From assembly GCA_019310725.1 (NCBI GenBank), contig JAFDDT010000049.1, forward strand, positions 1 through 56,608: a stretch of 56,608 nt of DNA, written 5' to 3'. Positions 53,277-56,608 of the stretch are shown here, piece after piece. The notes beneath the pieces were generated by a model. That model made no database searches, had not been told where the DNA came from, and was given only the letters and a program-made list of their open reading frames with translations. Each line of letters begins with the position of its first letter. Positions within the stretch are counted from its first letter, which is position 1. This DNA is from Deltaproteobacteria bacterium (GTDB taxonomy: Bacteria; Desulfobacterota; DSM-4660; Desulfatiglandales; B25-G16). Made by a program: the position numbers and the translations under genes.

Positions 53277-54764
53277 TTAATGTTCCCACACCGGTTTTCC
53301 TGGTTTGAATCGAGCCCATTTCGGGATAGCCTTGACCTTCGGTCTTTTTCCATAAAAGATATCATCCATGATCGAAAAGATGCGCCGTGCAGATTTATTT
53401 CTTGTAATAAGCTCCAGTATTATCCTGTGGGGAAACGTCCTCGCGTGACTCCATGGGCACACCCTCATGCAAACATTACAGTCGGTTCCAATCTTTCCCC
53501 AGTATTCAAAACAGGTTTCATCATTCAACTTCCACCGGCGCAACCCGTTGACCACAGTCTGATTTTTTTCAACAGGTATAGAGTTAGAGGGGCAGCACAC
53601 AGCACATTTCTTGCAGATCCTGCAAAAATCCTGCACCCCTATGTCCACTGGTTTGTCAGGTATTAGCGGAAGGTCAGTTGTCACCACTCCCAGCCTCACC
53701 CTCGGGCCCAATTCCTTGGTGACTAAATAGCCAAGCCGGCCCAGTTCTCCCAGGCCTGCATCTACCGCCAGCGGCACCATGAGGGCCTCATAGTGACGAA
53801 AGTGACTTGCCGCGGCAGAGTGTCCGAGATTCGCAATGAAGCTCGCCAGCTGGGTTGCGATGTAGGCCCCCTTTGCGTAGTTACCCATGCTTTCGATCGC
53901 GGTGGGTGTATGTGGACCGGTCCCCACCATATCAAAGGACATCTCCATGGCGAAGACAACTGCATACTTATGCTCCACCTTTATTTCTCTACCCCAATCC
54001 TCCCAATTTTCATAAAAGATCTCTCCCCTATGGGAATAAACCCACAGAGGGTTGAGCTCGGTTATCCCAACGAGATCGGCTCCACGGTTTTGGACATAGC
54101 CCTTTATCCTTTCCGTGGCCTCTTCAGGGGTGAGATTAACCCTCTTTCCCTTCATCAGGAAATGGGGTTCTGGCTTCACCTTTTCTGGTGTGCCGAGGTA
54201 CATCGGAATCGCTCCCGATGCCAGTGTTGCAGCCACATTGGGCCCCTCATGAGGACTGTCTATGGTCCCGAAATGCCCCAGAGGACCCCCTGCTTCCCTT
54301 CTTCTGGCATCGTATTCCTCATATTCGGGGTGTTCCCGGTAAAATGCTGCAAACTGTTCTGAACCAGGCCGAAGGGATCGATTCCTTGCAAAAACGTGAG
54401 TTCTCTCATCCTGTCTCTTCACCTCTCCAGCGATCAATCCCCTTGTCCCTTGCAGGGCCTGTAAATTCGGCGCACTCCTTCGCAACAGCACAATAGCAGC
54501 TGAAACCGCCAAGACATACCCTGATATGAGTATAGCAAGCCCAAGGCCAGTTCGAAAGAAACCAATCCACATGAGCAAAAGGTAGACGATCAGAAAGGCA
54601 CTCATGCCCAGAAACTGCAACCCGGCAAAAACGCTCGCCCGCCTCTCTTTTTCCCAGATGCATGAAACAAAAAAACCCAAACCTACCACTGCCTGGACCA
54701 AAAGGCCTGCTGCCCCTATGACAAGCATTATAGTAATTACTACTTCCACTTGTACACACCTCAC
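53277..54764 (-). CDS. Membrane-anchored reductive-dehalogenase-family (RdhA-like) Fe-S protein
   Basis: About 90 aa of N-terminal TM helices and no twin-arginine signal. The C-terminus carries CRICKKCAVCCPSNSI and CNVCMRVCPW (two 4Fe-4S motifs) in the arrangement typical of RdhA/QueG-type enzymes. Confidence 0.55.
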   Translation of the reverse strand: MRCVQVEVVITIMLVIGAAGLLVQAVVGLGFFVSCIWEKERRASVFAGLQFLGMSAFLIVYLLLMWIGFFRTGLGLAILISGYVLAVSAAIVLLRRSAPNLQALQGTRGLIAGEVKRQDERTHVFARNRSLRPGSEQFAAFYREHPEYEEYDARRREAGGPLGHFGTIDSPHEGPNVAATLASGAIPMYLGTPEKVKPEPHFLMKGKRVNLTPEEATERIKGYVQNRGADLVGITELNPLWVYSHRGEIFYENWEDWGREIKVEHKYAVVFAMEMSFDMVGTGPHTPTAIESMGNYAKGAYIATQLASFIANLGHSAAASHFRHYEALMVPLAVDAGLGELGRLGYLVTKELGPRVRLGVVTTDLPLIPDKPVDIGVQDFCRICKKCAVCCPSNSIPVEKNQTVVNGLRRWKLNDETCFEYWGKIGTDCNVCMRVCPWSHARTFPHRIILELITRNKSARRIFSIMDDIFYGKRPKVKAIPKWARFKPGKPVWEH

Positions 54765-54907
54765 CAGTATTTTGAACGCATATATCCTACTACCCTATTT
54801 GCCAACAGAAATAAAAGGCATTTTTGCCCAAGACTGGGCACATAGTCCTCTTTTCAAGATACCAATAGTTTTAGCATCCCGAATCTATACGGGGTGGCAA
54901 ATCCCGT

Positions 54908-55648
54908 CTACTTACTCCGAAACTCCTCTATCTTTTCTTTTGTATCCAGGATATCCTCTCTGATGAGCCGCTTGGCCTCTTCCGGTTTTCTCTGTGCAAT
55001 GACCCGGAAGATCCCTTCATGGACCTGAAAAAAGTGTCTTTCCAGAGAGAGATCCAAGAAATCGAGGGTAGTTTTGGCCAGGAGTTCAATCACCGACTCC
55101 AATAGAAGCGATAACACAGGATTCCCAGAGGCCTTTGCCAACAGGAGGTGAAACTTGAGATTATTTCTCTTGAGAAGGATCGGGTTCTCTTGGTGACTAG
55201 ACGAATCGGTGATTAAGTTCTCCAGCTTCTCGATATCCTTATCTTTTGCATGGAGCGCTGCTTCCATGGCGATATGTGGTTCGATAAGCAAGCGGACGTC
55301 AAAGAGATGGCCTATGGTAATCTCACCCGAGGTAATCAGGTTGTTTAAGGAATTTGTTATAGGTTTATGATAGACATCGGAGACAAAAATTCCCCCTGTC
55401 GGTCCTTTCTTGATGTTAACGAGGCCGGAGACCTCCAGGATTCGGAGCGCCTCTCTGATCACGGAGCGGCTCACCTGAAACTCCAGTGCAAGGCCCTTTT
55501 CTGAGGGAAGGTTTGTGCCAGTTTCAAGGTGACCCCGCAGGATCTTGTGCTGCATCAACTCAGCGATCTGCTCAGAGTAACGTTTCTTTTCCAGCGGTTT
55601 AAATACCGCCTCGTTCGTTAGCGTTTCCATTTTACTATTAAAGGCCAT
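54908..55648 (-). CDS. GntR-family regulator, FadR subfamily (FCD domain)
   Basis: LPSEKGLALEFQVSRSVIREALRILEVSGLVNIKKG is a GntR wHTH, followed by a helical FCD-type C-terminal domain. Confidence 0.8.
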   Translation of the reverse strand: MAFNSKMETLTNEAVFKPLEKKRYSEQIAELMQHKILRGHLETGTNLPSEKGLALEFQVSRSVIREALRILEVSGLVNIKKGPTGGIFVSDVYHKPITNSLNNLITSGEITIGHLFDVRLLIEPHIAMEAALHAKDKDIEKLENLITDSSSHQENPILLKRNNLKFHLLLAKASGNPVLSLLLESVIELLAKTTLDFLDLSLERHFFQVHEGIFRVIAQRKPEEAKRLIREDILDTKEKIEEFRSK

Positions 55649-55797
55649 TTTCTTTCTCGATTTAGTTTGCGAAGTATCTCATCTGGTGGGAATTGGTCTG
55701 ACCTATTAAAAATACTACGTATTAAAAAAAGGCTCCCTTGTCAAGGTTTTTCGGAGTTTCCCTCTGCAGGCCCGGCTTTCTTTCAGTATCTCTGCTA

Positions 55798-56607
55798 TTA
55801 GCATCTGAAAACCTTGCGCGGAGCGGCCAACCAGATAAAGAGACTGGATAGTATGAAGGCAATCATCGCAAGGGCAAAGGCCCATTGATAGCTCTGAGTG
55901 ATGTCAAAAAGATATCCTGCCACCCAGGCTCCAAAGGCGCCTCCGATACCAATGCACCCCTCTACAATCCCATAGATAAGACCAAACATCCTCCCTTTGA
56001 AAAGGTCTGCTGCCACAGACATAAACATAGGTGCCGTTACCCCCCATCCTATCCCGAAAAAGATAAAAAAGAAATAAACGAGGGGCTCCGCTCGCAACCC
56101 GTCCAAGAGCAGAAGGGACGCTACGCCGATGCAGATACAGATCATCCCCATTGTGTATGTCTTCTCTCTCCCGATTCGATCAGACAGCCAACCCCAAAAG
56201 ATACGAAAAAACGAGGAGATAACACCTGCCAGGGCAAAGATGAAAGCGGCCGTCATCTTGTCGATCCCTAAGTCAACCAGAAATCTAACGTGGTGAACAA
56301 GAACAACGTATATGCCGATAACCGCCAGAAATGGGAATGTAACTAAGGCCCAAAAATTTTTGGTTCCCACAGCCTTCTTAAGGCTCCAGTCAGTTGCTGC
56401 CCAGCTCGACTCTATCTCCTCTCCCTCTCTTCTACCGGGCTCTGCCGTTTCCTTAAGCCCATCGGGCATCAGGCCGAGCTCTTCAGGTTTGTGTATAAGA
56501 AAAATGACATTCAGGGGGAATAGAATAATTAGAACCAGCCATCCCAAAGCCACAAAAGTGAATCGCCATCCGCACAAAGCGATGAGGTGCTGGGATAAGG
56601 GGACCAA
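55798..56607 (-). CDS. MFS transporter, C-terminal part (5' end outside the window)
   Basis: The ORF is open to the window edge. It has multiple TM helices and an MFS-type loop, LSDRIGREKT. Confidence 0.7.
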   Translation of the reverse strand: MVPLSQHLIALCGWRFTFVALGWLVLIILFPLNVIFLIHKPEELGLMPDGLKETAEPGRREGEEIESSWAATDWSLKKAVGTKNFWALVTFPFLAVIGIYVVLVHHVRFLVDLGIDKMTAAFIFALAGVISSFFRIFWGWLSDRIGREKTYTMGMICICIGVASLLLLDGLRAEPLVYFFFIFFGIGWGVTAPMFMSVAADLFKGRMFGLIYGIVEGCIGIGGAFGAWVAGYLFDITQSYQWAFALAMIAFILSSLFIWLAAPRKVFRC

Positions 56608-56608
56608 A

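Noticed and set aside
1-56608. tRNA, rRNA, tmRNA, RNase P and SRP RNA genes, and integrase or transposase genes
   Set aside because: I looked for T-arm/acceptor-like GGTTCGAATCC-type strings, the GAGGAAAGTCC RNase P box, tmRNA termini and recombinase motifs, and found none. A covariance-model scan would be the definitive check.

Overview
56.6-kb chromosomal segment whose gene content suggests a Desulfobacterota (sulfate-reducer type) genome; this is an inference and no marker gene is present. No rRNA, tRNA, CRISPR array or transposase gene was seen. Layout: (1) 22-648, Phd/YefM-VapC toxin-antitoxin pair. (2) 1.3-14.9 kb, a very dense signalling cluster: two paralogous histidine kinases, three REC-HD-GYP proteins, two HDOD proteins (one fused to a CheD-like deamidase), REC-PAS and REC-SHOCT. 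Its intergenic gaps hold arrays of a 16-bp (8+8) GGTTGAGT-type repeat. In two places these arrays form inverted arms around a four-helix-bundle (23S rRNA IVS protein family) gene, one intact and one internally deleted. (3) 15-22.7 kb, late flagellar genes flaG, a FliT-like ORF, fliS, an oversized fliD (1031 aa) and fliC. An AbiEii-like nucleotidyltransferase cassette bracketed by two near-identical terminator hairpins splits fliC from fliD. (4) 23.2-42.6 kb, a 13-gene single-strand glycan island ending next to fliC. It holds two GT2-TPR paralogs, a 4-amino-4,6-dideoxyhexose toolkit (RmlB, frameshifted DegT aminotransferase, NeuD-type acyltransferase, WbqC) and an ACP-dependent acyl branch (FkbH, ACP, SDR, B12-radical SAM). 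It also holds a 1657-aa TPR-GT-methyltransferase-CapK-GT fusion protein and a 374-bp MITE with perfect 26-bp inverted repeats and a 6-bp target duplication. (5) 42.6-45.7 kb, an accessory islet: frameshifted RHH antitoxin plus PIN, a MerR-type gene behind a sigma28-like promoter, and HepT/MntA. (6) 46.0-46.8 kb, the flgM operon with a sigma28 promoter. (7) 47.4-56.6 kb, a catabolic block: FAD oxidase plus CCG Fe-S protein, TRAP transporter, membrane-anchored reductive-dehalogenase-like protein, GntR regulator and a truncated MFS gene. Best candidates for something undescribed are the ACP/FkbH/radical-SAM flagellin glycan pathway with its giant fusion enzyme, the IVS-like repeat-armed cassettes inside the signalling operon, the CheD-HDOD fusion, and the terminator-bracketed NTase cassette. 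All family assignments come from motif recognition by eye and need HMM confirmation.
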